64,000 nucleotides of DNA from the human T2T-CHM13v2.0 reference genome, Homo sapiens. The DNA lies in NCBI RefSeq assembly GCF_009914755.1, contig NC_060932.1; one strand, 5' to 3'. This document shows positions 14,271-26,833 of the stretch, in pieces. The position numbers and the translations under genes were made by a program. Position 1 is the stretch's first letter, and each line of letters opens with the position of its first letter. The notes beneath the pieces were generated by a model. It had not been told where the DNA came from, made no database searches, and saw nothing but the letters and a program-made list of their open reading frames with translations.

Positions 14271-16500
14271 TGCCCAGGGCAAGCACCAGCTCATATCTTC
14301 ACCCTCTCTGAGCCCCGGGTACCTTTAACCATTAACGGCCAGGAAATTGACTTCCTCCTGGACACTGGCATAGCCTTCTCAGTGTTAATCTCCTGTCCTG
14401 GACAACTGTCCTCAAGGTCTGTTACCATCTGAGGAATCCTGGGACAGCCTGTAACCACGTATTTCTCCCACCTCCTCCGTTGTATTTGGGGGACTTTGCC
14501 CTTTTCACATGCCTTTCTTGTTATGCCTGAAAGTCCCACACCCTTATTAGGGAAGGATATATTAGCTAAGGCTGAGCTATTATCTACATGAATATGGGGA
14601 ACAAGTTACCCATTTGTTGTCCCCTACTTGAAGAGGGAATCAACCCTGAAGTCTGGGCTTTGGAAGGACAATTTGGAAGGGCAAAAAATGCCCACCCAGT
14701 CCAAATCAGGTTAAAAGATCCCACCGCTTTTCCTTATCAAAGGCAATATCCCTTAAGGTCTGAAGCTCATAAAGGATTACAGAATATTGTTAAACATTTG
14801 AAAGCTCAAGGCTTAGTAAGGAAATGCAGCAGTCCCTGCAACACCCCAATTCTAGGAATACAAAACCTGAATGGTCAGTGGAGACTAGTGCAAGATCTTA
14901 GACTCATCAATGAGGCAGTAATTCCTCTACATCGAGTTATACCCAACCCCTATACCCTGCTCTCTCAGATACCAGAGGAAGCAGAATGGTTCACAGTTCT
15001 GGACCTCAAGGATTCCTTCTGTATTCCCCTGCACTCTGACTCCCAGTTTCTCTTTGCCTTTGAGGATCCCACAGACCAAACATCCCAACTTATGTGGACG
15101 GTCTTGCCCCAAGGGTTTAGGGATAGCCCTCATCTGTTTGATCAGGCACTGGCCCAAGATCTAGGCCACTTCTCAAGTCCAGGCAGTCTGGTCCTTCAGT
15201 ATGTGGATGATTTACTTTTGGCTACCAGTTCGGAAGCCTCCTGCCAGCAGGCTACTCTAGATCTCTTGAACTTTCTAGCTAATCAAGGGTATAAGGTGTC
15301 TAGGTCAAAGGCCCAGCTTTGCCTACAGCAGGCCAAATATCTAGGCTTAATCTTAGCCAGCAGGACCAGGGCCATCAGCAAGGAATGAATACAGCCTATA
15401 CTGGCTTATCTTCACCCTAAGACATTAAAACAGTTGTGGGGGTTCCTTGGAAGTACCGGCTTTTCCCTACTATGGATCCTCGGATACAGCGAGATAGCCA
15501 CACCCCTCTATACTGTAATCAAGGAAACCCAGAGGGCAAATACTCATCTAGTAGAATGGGAACCAGAGGCAGAAACAGCCTTCAAAACCTTAAAGCAGGC
15601 CCTAGTACAAGATCCAGCTTTAAGCCTTCTTACAGGACAAAACTTTTCTTTATATGTCACAGAGAGAGCAGGGATAGCTCTTGGAGTCCTTACTCAGACT
15701 CGTGGGACAACTCCACAACCAGTGGCACAACTAAGTAAGGAAATTGATGTAGTAGCAAAAGGCTGGCCTCACTGTTTATGGGTAGTTGCAGCAGTGGCCA
15801 TCTTAGTGTCAGAGGCTATCAAAATGATACAAGGAAAGGATCTCACTGTCTGTACTACTCATGATGTAAATGGCATACTAGTTGCCAAAGGAAGTTTATG
15901 GAGTTTATGGCTATCAGACAACCACCTACTTAGATACCAGGCGCTACTCCTTGAGGGACTGGTGCTTCAAATACACACATGCGTGGCCCTCAACCCTGCC
16001 ACTTTTCTCCCAGAGGATGGGGAACCAATTGAGCATGAGTGCCAACAAATTATACTCCAGACTTATGCCACCTGAGATGATCTCTTAAAAGTCCCCTTAG
16101 CTAATCCTGACCTTAACCTATATACTGATGGAAGTTCATTTGTAGAGAATGGGATACGAAGGACAGGTTATGCCATAGTTAGTGATGTAACCATACTTGA
16201 ATGTAAGCCTCTTCCCCCAGGGACCAGTGCCCAGTTAGCGGAACTAGTGACACTTTCTGGAGCCTCAGAACTGGGAAAGGGAAAAAGAATAAGTGTGTAT
16301 ACAGACAGCAAGTATGCTTATCTAATCCTACATGTCCATGCTGAATATAGAAAGAAAGGGAGTTCCTGACTTCTGGGGGAACCCCCATTGAGCATCAAAA
16401 GGAAACTACGGAGTTATTGCACGTAATGCAAAAATCCAAGGAGGTGGCAGTCTTACACTGCCAAAGCCATCAAAGAGGGGAAGGAGAGGGGAGAACAGCA
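14270..16500 (+). pseudogene. pol: HERV9 pro-pol (protease, RT, RNase H; integrase absent)
   Basis: FLLDTG near 14350; ORF 14588-15388 with LDLKD, LPQGF and YVDD; RNase H YTDGSS near 16120. Confidence 0.93.
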
Positions 16501-16519
16501 GCATGAGCAGCTGGTGGAG

Positions 16520-16722
16520 GCAGCAGAAAGGAAAGAGACAGAAAGTCAAAGAGAGAGAGAGGAAGAAACAGAGAGAAAGAAAAGGAGAGAGAGAGAGAGA
16601 CAGACACAGAAAGTCAAAGAGAAAGTCAAAGAGAAAGTCAAGGAGAGAGTCAAAAAGAGAGAAAGAGACAAAGAAGAAGTCAAAGAGAAAGAAAGAGAAA
16701 TGGAAGTAGTAAAGAAAAAAAC
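16520..16722 (+). repeat. Purine-rich (GA/AAAGAG) low-complexity tract inside HERV9
   Basis: Nearly pure A/G with gaaagtcaaaga repeats. Confidence 0.85.
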
Positions 16723-16758
16723 AGTGTACCCTATTCCTTTAAAAGTCAGGGTAAATTT

Positions 16759-17630
16759 CTGTCTACCCAGACAAGGCATATTGTTCTTATGTGGAACACT
16801 GACTTATATCTGCCTCCCCACTAACTGGACCGACACCTGCACCTTAGTCTTTCTAAGTCACAACATTAACATTGCCCCAGGAAATCAAACCCTATCAGTA
16901 CCCCTCAAAGCTCAAGTCTGTCAGCGAAGAGCCATACTACTAATACCCTTACTTATAGGGTTAGGAATGGCTACTGCTACAGGAAACAGAATAGCTGGTT
17001 TATCTACTTCATTATCCTACACACTCTGAAAGGATTTCTCAGACAGTTTGCAAGAAATAAAAAAACTATCCTTACTTTACAATCCCAAATAGACTCTTCG
17101 GCAGCAGTGACTCTCCAAAACTGCTGAGGCCTAGACCTCCTCACTGCTGAGAAAGGAGGACTCTGCACCTTCTTAGGGGAAGAGTGTTGTTTTTACACTA
17201 ACCAGTCGGAGATAGTACAAGATGCCACCCGGCATTTACAGGAAAAGGCTTCTGAAATCAGGCAACGCCTTTCAAATTCTTATACCAACCTCTGGAGCTG
17301 GGCAACGTGGCTTCTCCCCTTTCTAGGTCCCGTGGCAGCCATCTTGCTGTTACTCACCTTTGGACCCTGTATTTTTAACCTTCTTGTCAAATTTGTTTCC
17401 TCTAGAATTGAGGTCATCAACTTACAGATGGTCTTACAAATGGAACCCCAAATGAGTTCAACTAACGACTTCTACCGAGGACCCTGGACTGACTCGTGGG
17501 CACTTTCACTGCCCTAGAGAGTTCCCCTCTGGAGAACACTACAACTACAGGGCCCCTTCATCACCCCATCCAACAGGAATTAGCTAGAGTGGTCATCGGC
17601 CAAATTCCCAACAGTAGTTGGGGTGTCCTG
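16759..17630 (+). pseudogene. env: HERV9 env remnant (SU C-terminus and TM)
   Basis: QRR/AI cleavage region, fusion peptide, ISD LQNC*GLDLLTAEKGGLC...EECC at 17113, membrane anchor. Confidence 0.9.
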
Positions 17631-17644
17631 TTTAGAGGGTGGAT

Positions 17645-18981
17645 TGAGAGGTGACAGCATGCTGGCAGCCCTCGCTCACTCTTGGTGCCTCCTTGGCCTT
17701 GGTGCCCACTCTGGCCACACTTGAGGAGCCCTTCAGCCCACCGCTGCACTGTGGGAACTACTCTCTGGACTGGCAGAGGCTGGAGCCGTCTCCCTCTGCT
17801 TGCGGGGATGTGTGGAGTGAGAGTTGTGGGTGATACTGGGGCTGTGCACAGCGCTTTTTGGCCAGTGCGAGTTCTGGGTGGGCATGGGCTCGGCAGGCCC
17901 CGCACTCAGAGCGGCCGGCCGGTGCCACTGGCCCCAGGCAGTGAGAGGCTTAGCACTCAGGCCAGCAGCTGCAGAGGGTCCACCAGGTCCCCCAGCAGTG
18001 TGGGCCTGCCGGCTCAGCTGCCTCCCCGCAGGGCAGGGCTCGGGACCTGCAGCCCATCATCCACAAGCCTCCCCCCTGCTGTGGGCTCCTGCAGGGCCGA
18101 GCCTCCCTGACGATCACTGCACCCTGCTCCATGGCACGCAGTCCCATCAACCGTCCAAGGGCTGAGGAATGTGGGCACAAGGCACGGGACTGGCGGGCAG
18201 CTCTGCCTGCGGCCCTGGTGCGGGATCCACTAGGTGAAGCCAGCTGGGCTCCTGAGTCTAGTGGGGACTTGGAGAACTTTTATATCTAGCTAAGGGATTG
18301 TAAACACACCAATCAGCACCCTGTGTCTAGCTCAAGGTTTTTAAATGCACCAATCAGTGCTCTGTGTCTAGCTAATCTAGTGGGGACTTGGAGAACTTTT
18401 GTGTCTAGCTCAGGGACTATAAACGCATCAATCAGCACCCTGTCAAAACAGACCAATCAGCTTTCTGTAAAATGGACCAATCAAGAGGATGTGGGTGGGG
18501 CCAGATAAGGGAATAAAAGTAGGCTGCCCGAGCCAGCAGTGGCAACCTGTTCAGGTCCCCTTCCACACTGTGGAAGTTTTGTTCTTTTGCTCTTAGCAAT
18601 AAATCTTACTACTGCCCCGTCTTTGGGTCCACACAGCTTTTATGGGCTGTAACACTCACCGTGAAGTTCTGCAGCTTCACTCCTGAGGCCAGCGAGACCA
18701 TGAACCCACCAGGAGGAATAAACGACTCCGGATGGGAGGAACAAACAACTCCAGACATGCCACCTTAAGAGCTGTAACACTCACTGCGAAGGTCTGCAGC
18801 TCCACTCCTGAAGCCAGCGAGACCACGAACCCACCAGAAGGAAGAAACTCCGAACACGTCTGAACGTCAGAAGGAAGAAACTCTGGACACACCATCTTTA
18901 AGACCTGTAGCACACACCACGAGGGTCTGCGGCTTCATTCTTGAAGTCAGTGAGACCAAGAACCCACCAATTTCAGATACA
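17645..18981 (+). mobile_element. HERV9 3' LTR (LTR12), 1337 bp
   Basis: Follows the PPT tttagagggtggat; ends ccaatttcagataca. Confidence 0.95.
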
Positions 18982-19631
18982 AGACAACTGTCTTGCTGAT
19001 CTCTCCAAACAAGTCCATGTAACACACATATACCCAAAAGAGATGGAGGAAATGTTAAAATAGACTAGAGAAAAATAATAACCAAATGCAATGCATGCAC
19101 CTTGACTGCATCCCGATTTGAAATGCCAGCTCTAAAAGAGCTTTCAGAGACAACTGGGGAAATCTGAATGTGGATTAGATTTTAGAAATTATTAAATTTT
19201 TTGGTAAATTTTTGCTTCTAGAAAAGGTATTTTGGTATATAGGAGAATTTCTCTATTAGGATATGAAGGTGTAAACATGAGGGGTGAAGTGTTATCGTAT
19301 TTGTAATTTACTTTTAGATTATTTGGCAAAATATGTGTGTATTTACCTTTAGAAAGCATGTACATCAAAACAGTTAAAATTAGAGGAAATGCAGGTGCTC
19401 TTCACAGTTTTCTTTCAACTTTTCTCCATGTTAGAACAATTTCTTAATAAAATTTGGAAGCAAAATAGAAACTTATAAAGCAGAAATAGTCCTTGACCAC
19501 ATGTTTCCCCTAAATCTTTAGATGTAGATTCCTTATCCTCATCTTTCTAAGGTCAAAGACTTAAGAGAATTGTATCATTTTGTCTCCACTTCCTCCCTGT
19601 TGTCTACTCTGCATGGCATTCCAATCTTCCC

Positions 19632-19996
19632 TGTCTTTGTCTGCCCAGGCTGCTAAAACAAAATACCATAGGCTGGCTGGCTTATAAACAGCAGATATTT
19701 CTTTCTCACCGTTTTGGAGGCTGGGAAGATCAATATCAAGGCACTGGCACATTTGGTGTCTGGTTGAGGTTCATAGACAGCTGTCTTTTTTTTTTTCTGT
19801 GCTCTCATTTGACAGGAAGAGGTGAGGGAGCTCTCTTGGGCCTTTTTTCTTTTTTTTAAATACAAAGGCACTAATTTAATTCATGATATGGCCTAATCAC
19901 CTCCCAAAGATACCACCACCTCTTGATATCATCACTCCGGGGGTTAAGACTTCAATATTTGGATTTGGGGGGGCCATAAACATTTTGACCATGGCA
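19632..19996 (-). mobile_element. MaLR LTR (MLT1A/MST-like)
   Basis: ggctgctaaaacaaaataccataggctgg...ttcaatatttggatttggg. Confidence 0.7.
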
Positions 19997-20400
19997 TCCT
20001 CATAACTGCAATCAACTCAAACAAGCTTTGTGTTTCTACCAGGATAAAAACATTCTCATCTTACCCAACTTCTCAGCAGTTCCACCTGAAAAGGGATTTT
20101 CTACAGTATCAGTTTTTCCCTCCATCTCACTCATTGTCTCTTTTTAGTATGGATTCCTGATTCCTCCTTCTTTATTGGACCTCAAAGTGTCAGTGTTCCT
20201 CAGTTCTGGCTTCTCTGTCTTTCCACATCCTCTGTGGGTGATCTGAACAGATCCGAGGTGTCAAATACCTTGAATTCACTGATGATGCCTCGATTTCCTG
20301 TCCAGAAAACATTTCCTCTGATCTTTAGACCTGTGTGTCTAGTTTCTACTTAACATCTTTCCTTGGACATCCCCAAGACATTTCAAGTGTGACAAGGCCC

Positions 20401-21430
20401 TGTAGGAGACCAGAATATGCTGTCCCAAAATATGAAGGATTGCTGACCTGAAGACAATGAAGGAGCATGTGCAGGAAAGCTCTCTGCTCTCCCTTGATTA
20501 GCTGAAGAGCAGGATATAGATTTACAAGGGCAAAAGGTATCCTGCACCCCTTCTACTAGGGAGAGCAAAGGTTAATTACTGAAAACAATATTTTTAAAAA
20601 ATTATTATTTCAATAGTTTTTGGGGTACATATGTTTTTTGGTTACATGAATAAGTTCTTTAGTGGTGATTTCTGGGATTTTGGTGCACCTGTCAACTAAG
20701 CAGTGCGCACTGTACCCAATATGTAGTCTTTTATCCCTTACTCACTTCTACCTTTCCCCTGAGTCCCCAAAGTCCATTATATCATTCCGATGCCTTTGCA
20801 TCCTCATAGCTTAGCTCCCACTTAAGTGAGAATATACAATATTTGGTTTTCCATTCCTGAGTTATTTCACTGAGTATAATAGCCTCCAGTTCCATCCAAA
20901 TTGTAGCAAAAGACGTTATTTTCTTCCTTTTTATGACTGAGTAGTATTCCACGGTGTATATATTTCACATTTTCTCTATCCACTCTTTGGCTGATGGGCA
21001 CTTAGGTTGGTTCCATATTTTTGCAATTGTGAATTGTGCCGCTATAAACATGCATGTGCATATGCCGAAGACAACTTTGGATGCTTGTTGGCCTGGAGAT
21101 GATACCAGAGGAAACAACATGAGCAAGCCTTACTAACTAGTCTTTATCTGCTAGTTACTTGACTTTCTGCAAACTGCCAGCCCAAGAGACTCCACGTCCT
21201 TTTCCTTTATCTTGTCACTTCTCTAAAAATTTACTGTTCTTTATTGAAGATGCTACATATCCTGGAATTCAAAGCCACCTGTTGGAGAACTACTCATTTC
21301 CTGGGTGGCTCCCATATATACGAAATATACACATTAATATACTTCTGTATTTTTCTCTTATTCTACCTTTTATAATGGGATCAGTTGCCAGTAAGAGCCT
21401 ATGGGAGTTATTCCCTCTCCGCCCTAAACA
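20401..21430 (+). mobile_element. MER39/MER34-like solo LTR
   Basis: tgtaggagaccagaatatgc...gccctaaaca. Confidence 0.65.
20590..21065 (-). mobile_element. 5'-truncated L1PB/L1MA-like element inside the LTR
   Basis: L1 3' UTR similar to 2870-3300; approximate TSD gaa(a/g)acaa. Confidence 0.8.
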
Positions 21431-22424
21431 GAACATTTGTTCTCCCCTAGCCTCACTTCCAAACTGTGCACGGCTACTTTCTCCTTATCTATATGGAGCT
21501 CTCTCTAGATGTTTGTTTTTAGTTTCTTTTTCTATATCTAGTTTATCAGCTGGGGCTTCTGATTCCACCTCCAAAGTAGATCTTGAATAAATGCTCAGTG
21601 CCTCTCCCTCACTCCCACTGTAGTCCCCTATTGGGAGTCCTGCCATCCCTTGCCTGAACAACTGAAACAGCCTTGTGAACTGATATGCTTCCCTCCAACC
21701 CATTCTCCCTGTAGCAGTAAGAGTTATCTTATTAAAGAATAAATTGTTTCACTCACTGTCTTGCAAATGTCTCTTAATAGATTTTCACTATAGTTTGAAT
21801 AGAATCCAAATGTCTTACCATGTTTACCATGCTCTTTAGGGAATTGCCTGGCTCCACCCTGCTTTGCTCCCCAAACTCTTCCCATGGCTACTTCCCCTGG
21901 GCTCACCATGCCCCAGGGGCCATGGCCGCCCAGACCCAGGCTTCTGCACCACAGTGTCTCTGCACCTGTTCTGTGCTTGACCAGCGATGCCACCCCAGTT
22001 CTCATAAGTCCAACTCCTTCTTATCCTCGAGGTCAACTTATCTACTCAGAAGGAAGACTTCAGCTTACTACTCAGTGCTCTTCTGTATTTTGACTCCTTG
22101 TTTCGGCTAGAATTTCTAGGTATTTTATTTCTTTGCTTCCTTGACTTTGTCATTCCCACTGCATGTGAGCCGCCTGAGGGCGGGCCCGGTGCTTCCTGAG
22201 CCTTTGACACCCAAAGCAGAATCTGACTCAGTAAGTACCCAATGAATGGTTTTGAATACAGGGGTAGGTAAATGAATATCTTTAATCCTAGGCATTTATG
22301 TTTCAGGCAGCTTCGCTGCTAATTTTACCATTTACACCAATAATTTAGAGTTTTGGTAAATTTTCTTTGAAATTTTAAGCCCTGGAAACGACTTTGGAGA
22401 ACAGACGAGTCAATTTTCCAGAGT

Positions 22425-22443
22425 AGCCACCAGAGGGAGCACT
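22425..22443 (+). promoter_or_regulatory. Candidate CTCF site
   Basis: agccaccagagggagcact closely matches the CTCF core CCASYAGRKGGCRS. Confidence 0.55.
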
Positions 22444-22894
22444 GAGACAATTTTTGTAAGGAAAAAATACCCAGTATTAATTATTCAAGTCAGTTGGGTC
22501 TTTTATATAACTTCCCCAGGTTTTACTCAGAAATGGCAAGTTTTCTCATGACTGTGTAACCACATCTTGCATATTAAAATAAAAATTACCAGTTAAAGTC
22601 AAACCCACAAAATTGGAAATATTGATAGTTATAGATTCACTCTTAAACCAGAATTAAGAAACCACAATTAAGATAATTTTGACCAGAAACAATTTCAATA
22701 ATTGTGTTAGTCTTCTGTATTGTTTAGATTTTGATGATATGTTTGCACACAATTGTTAAGAAATTTAAATTTAAATTCTATGCTCATGAAGATACCAGGA
22801 TTTTAATTTCACAATAGCTTTATTTGTATGTTATTTTTATATTATCCCATACATTGGAATTTCTCCAAGTACAATCAATTTAAGCATAACATAC

Positions 22895-23181
22895 TTTTTC
22901 TTTTCTTTTCTTTTTTTGAGACAGAGTCTCACTCTGTCGCCCAGGCTGGAGTGCAGTGGAGCATCTTGGCTCACTGCCACCTGCGCCTCCAGGGTTCAAG
23001 TGATTCTCCCGCCTCAGTCTCCCAAGTAGCTGGATTACAGGCGCCTGCTACCATACCCAGCTAATTTTTTGTATTTTTAGTAGAGATGGGGTTTCACCAT
23101 ATTGGCCAAGCTGGTCTCAAACTCCCAACCTCAGGTGATCCACCCAGCTCGGCCTCCCAAAGTGCTGGGATTACAGGCGTA
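22895..23181 (-). mobile_element. AluS-like SINE, slightly 5' truncated
   Basis: Alu dimer. Confidence 0.9.
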
Positions 23182-23649
23182 ATTTGGGATATGACAAATT
23201 TTACATTTGTTGACTTTAGTGCAACCATGGTGATATAACTGTTTTTAGTTTAATTCTTATAGAGAAAACTCTTTGGGAAAAAATATAAGGTTTGTTATAT
23301 TAATAACTCTTTTGTCCTGAAGAGAACAACATGTTTCTTCCGTATTCTTTGCGTGTGTGTGATAAAGCAAAACAAATGCCTATTAATGCATTAAACAGGA
23401 TCTAGTGGTAGGTCCAATCATATACTACAGTTTTGAAGTAGTAATAATAAACCATGCTTTGAGAATTCTGCAATGCCTGTACTGAGTTATGAACATTCCT
23501 CTCATTATTCTTGGTGACAAAGCCTTAGGTACTCCTAATTCTACTATAGTTTGTTGCCATGTTCATAATAGAAATGCAAAATTTTAGTTATAGATTAGAG
23601 AACCTTTTTTTTTCCTTTAATCCAAGTTCATAGATTGCCGAATTCTTTC

Positions 23650-23856
23650 TTTTTTCTTCTTTATGTCTCTTTTTATTAAATTTTAGGTTCAGGGGTACAT
23701 GTGCAGATTTGTTATATAGGTAAATTGCATGTCACAAGAGTTTGTTTTACAGATTTCATCACCCAGGTAATAAGCATAGTCCCTGAAAGGTAGTTTTTCA
23801 ATCATCACCCTCCTCCCACCCTCCACCTTCACATAGGTCCCGGGGTCTGTTGTTCT
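23650..23856 (-). mobile_element. L1PA (older subfamily) 3' fragment
   Basis: ttcaggggtacatgtgcagatttgttatataggtaaa... Confidence 0.8.
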
Positions 23857-25199
23857 TGGGTATTCTTAGCCACTGCTCTTTTGGCTCAGTTGAGCTCACA
23901 GTGCTGGCAGTGATTCTATTTGGGAACAGTATCTGTGGGCACCTTTGCTTTTGATGCCAATTTTAAATCTTCTATTCAAATATGTAAGCTAGTAACCAAA
24001 CTAAAGTGTAGAATTGACTTACTGATAACAAATGAAAATTTCCCTTTCAAAGAAAGGGGATATTTAGTAATCCTCTGTCACTTTTTCCTATACCGTGACT
24101 TAGTCATAGCTTTGGCATTTGTCATAATAACAGCCAAATATTTGGTCCAAAGTTACAAATGAAAATGTGCACAAAACTTTTTAAATAGAAGCAAATATGC
24201 CAGAAATGATTTGTATTATAAGTAGTTGAAAACAGTTTATACTACATTTTTTGGAAAATTTAAGACTTTGACTAGACATGTTTATCTGTATCTGCTTATA
24301 TCTGTGTCCATCCACACACAATAGTTTATACTCTAGTATTTTTTTTTTTAAAATTAGACTTTGGCTAAAACAGCATATGCCTAATACCTATAGAATTCTA
24401 TAATAATGTTTTCTATGATTCTGAAGATACTTCAGATTTGCCAGTGTCTCCAGTCAGTGTTAGAATTTTGCATATCTACCATTCCTTTTTTTAGTTATAC
24501 TGGCCTGACAGTTAATAAAATATAGATGCTAAAATATCTGATAAGCAAGTTTTAAATATATGTCAATGTAAAAAGTCATGCTTTAAATACTAAAAGACTG
24601 CACTTTTCCCTGCTTACTTTTATTATTGTTTCCAAAAAGCGAAAAGGACATCGCTTTTGTAATGGTTTAGTACAGCATATGAACATTTCTGTCCAAAAGA
24701 AATTTACTTTAGAGGCATGAAACCAGGCCACAGCCACGCTTGACGACACAAAGTTCTGAGAGGTAAATCATGAGCAGCAATTTCAGGTCATTTCCCTGAG
24801 CAGGAGGGCATTTCAGCTAAGAAAGAACAGCAGAAAAATCATGTACACTCAGCATGCTGATTTACCCAGTGCAGAATAGCTCTTGTCTAGAAAGGAGCTA
24901 GATTAGAAGTCCAATTTTTTAAGTTTCATATAAAGGAGAATTAACAAGTAGTGCTTACAGAGAAAATGGTTGAAAATGCTTGTACTGAACCACGTTGAAG
25001 TATCTAAAGAAGTATGATATGCAGTCACCCAGGTTTATAGTATTACACATCTAGATATATCCACCATGAAGATGTTTGGCAATGTACAGGCAAAATGTCC
25101 AAATGGCTCTTTTTTAAAGCTTCTATTTGGATATTTTAATACTGGAAGAGGGCTCTAAGAAATGAAAATAGCTGAGTATCTGCATCCCATAATTAACCT

Positions 25200-25450
25200 A
25201 TTATTCATTCATTCAATCACTCAAAAAACACATATTTGAAGTCTTACTATGTGCTACATCTGAACTATGTATTGAAGGCACAACAGTGAGCAAGGCATGC
25301 AGTCTCTGACCTCATGAGCCACAGATGGAGTTCATATTCATTAACTGAACATTTCCTCTGTGTCTGTGTGCTGTGCTGACCACTGGTACTGCAGAAATAT
25401 AGGAAAAGGTTCCTATTTTCAGAGAGCTCATGGTCTAATGGTGGAGATGA
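25200..25450 (-). mobile_element. L2 3' end fragments
   Basis: (TTCA)n tail and L2 motifs. Confidence 0.5.
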
Positions 25451-25479
25451 ACACATTCACTACAGGTGAGGCGTCCTGG

Positions 25480-26833
25480 TGTGTCCAACTGTGTCTTGAA
25501 ATTGGTGGGTTCTTGGTCTCACTGACTTCAAGAATGAAGCCGTGGACCCTCGCGGTGAGTGTTACAGTTCTTAAAGGCAGCGTGTCCGGGGTTTGTTTCT
25601 TTTGATGTTTGGATGTGCTTGGAGTTTCTTCCTTCTGGTGGGTTCGTGGTCTCACTGGCTCAGGAGTGAAGCTGCAGACCTTCGCGGTGAGTGTTACAGC
25701 TCATAAAGGCAGTGTGGACCCAAAGAGTGAGCAGTAGCAAGATTTATTGCAAAGAGCGAAAGAACAAAGTTTCCACAGTGTGGAAGGGGACCCCAGCGGG
25801 TTGCCACTGCTGGCTCTGGGCAGCCTGCTTTTATTCTCTTATGTGGCCCCACCCACATCCTGCTGATTGGTAGAGCCGAGTGGTCTGTTTTGACAGGGTG
25901 CTGATTGGTGCGTTTATAATCCCTGAGCTAGACACAAAGGTTCTCCACATCCCCACCGGATTAGCTAGATCCAGAGTGTGGACACAAAGGTTCTACAAGT
26001 CCCCACCAGAGTAGCTAGATACAGAGTGTCTATTGGTGCATTCACAAACCCTGAGCTAGACACAGGGCGCTGACTGGTGTGTTTACAAACCTTGAGCTAG
26101 ATACAGAGTGCCGATTGGTGTATTTACAATCCCTGACCTAGACATAAAGGTTCTCCAAGTTCCCACCAGACTCAGGAGCCCAGCTGGCTTCACCCAGTGG
26201 ATCTCACACTGGGGCTGCAGGTGGAGCTGCCTGCCAGTCCGGCACCGAGTGCCCACACTCCTCAGCCATTGGGTGGTCGATGGGACTGGGCACCATGGAG
26301 CAGGGGGCAGCACTTGTTGGGGAGGCTTGGGCTGCACAGGAGGTCACGGCGGAGGTGGAGGGGAGCGGAGGCTCAGGCATGGCGGGCTGCAGGTCCTGAG
26401 CCCAACCCTGCCCCGTGGGAAGGCAGCTAAGGCCCGGCGAGAAATCGAGTGCAGCGCTGGTGGGCTGGCACTGCTGGGGGACCCAGTACACCCTCCGCAG
26501 CTGCTGGCCTGGGTGCTAAGCCCCTCATTGCCCGGGGGCGGCAGGGCCGGCCAGCTGCTCCTAGTGCGGGGCCGCCAAGCCCACGCCCACCTGGAACTCC
26601 AGCTGGCCCGCAAGTGACACGTGCAGCCCCTGTTCCTGCTCTCGCCTCTCCCTCCACACCTCCCTGAGAGCTGAGGGAGCTGGCTCTGGCCTTGACCAGC
26701 CCAGAAAGGGGCTCCCACAGTGCAGCGGTGGGCTGAAGGGCTCCTCAAGTGCCGCCAAATTGGGAGCCCAGGCAGAGGAAGCACCAAGAGCGAGCGAGGG
26801 CTGTGAGGACTGCCAGCACGCTGTCACTTCTCA
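25480..26833 (-). mobile_element. Solo LTR12
   Basis: Reverse-complement LTR12 termini; TSD ctgg at 25476-25479 and 26834-26837. Confidence 0.93.

Larger units (their letters stand above)
10064..18981 (+). mobile_element. HERV9 provirus, defective (LTR-gag-pro-RT-RNaseH, integrase absent, partial env-LTR)
   Basis: Two LTR12s, TSD agac at 10060-10063 and 18982-18985, PBS, PPT and retroviral protein motifs. Confidence 0.96.
7850..19460 (+). mobile_element. Old L1M 3' fragment split by LTR12C and HERV9 (pieces ~7850-8133, 9848-10063, 18982-19460)
   Basis: A-rich L1MC/ME-like sequence reads continuously once both LTR insertions and their TSDs are removed. Confidence 0.5.
20000..22260 (+). mobile_element. 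L2 remnant interrupted by an LTR and an L1
   Basis: Pyrimidine-rich L2 3' motifs and tail cagtaagtacccaatgaatgg. Confidence 0.55.

Noticed and set aside
15891-15910. 9-bp in-frame duplication in pol (SLWSLW)
   Set aside because: Ordinary slippage in a dead gene.
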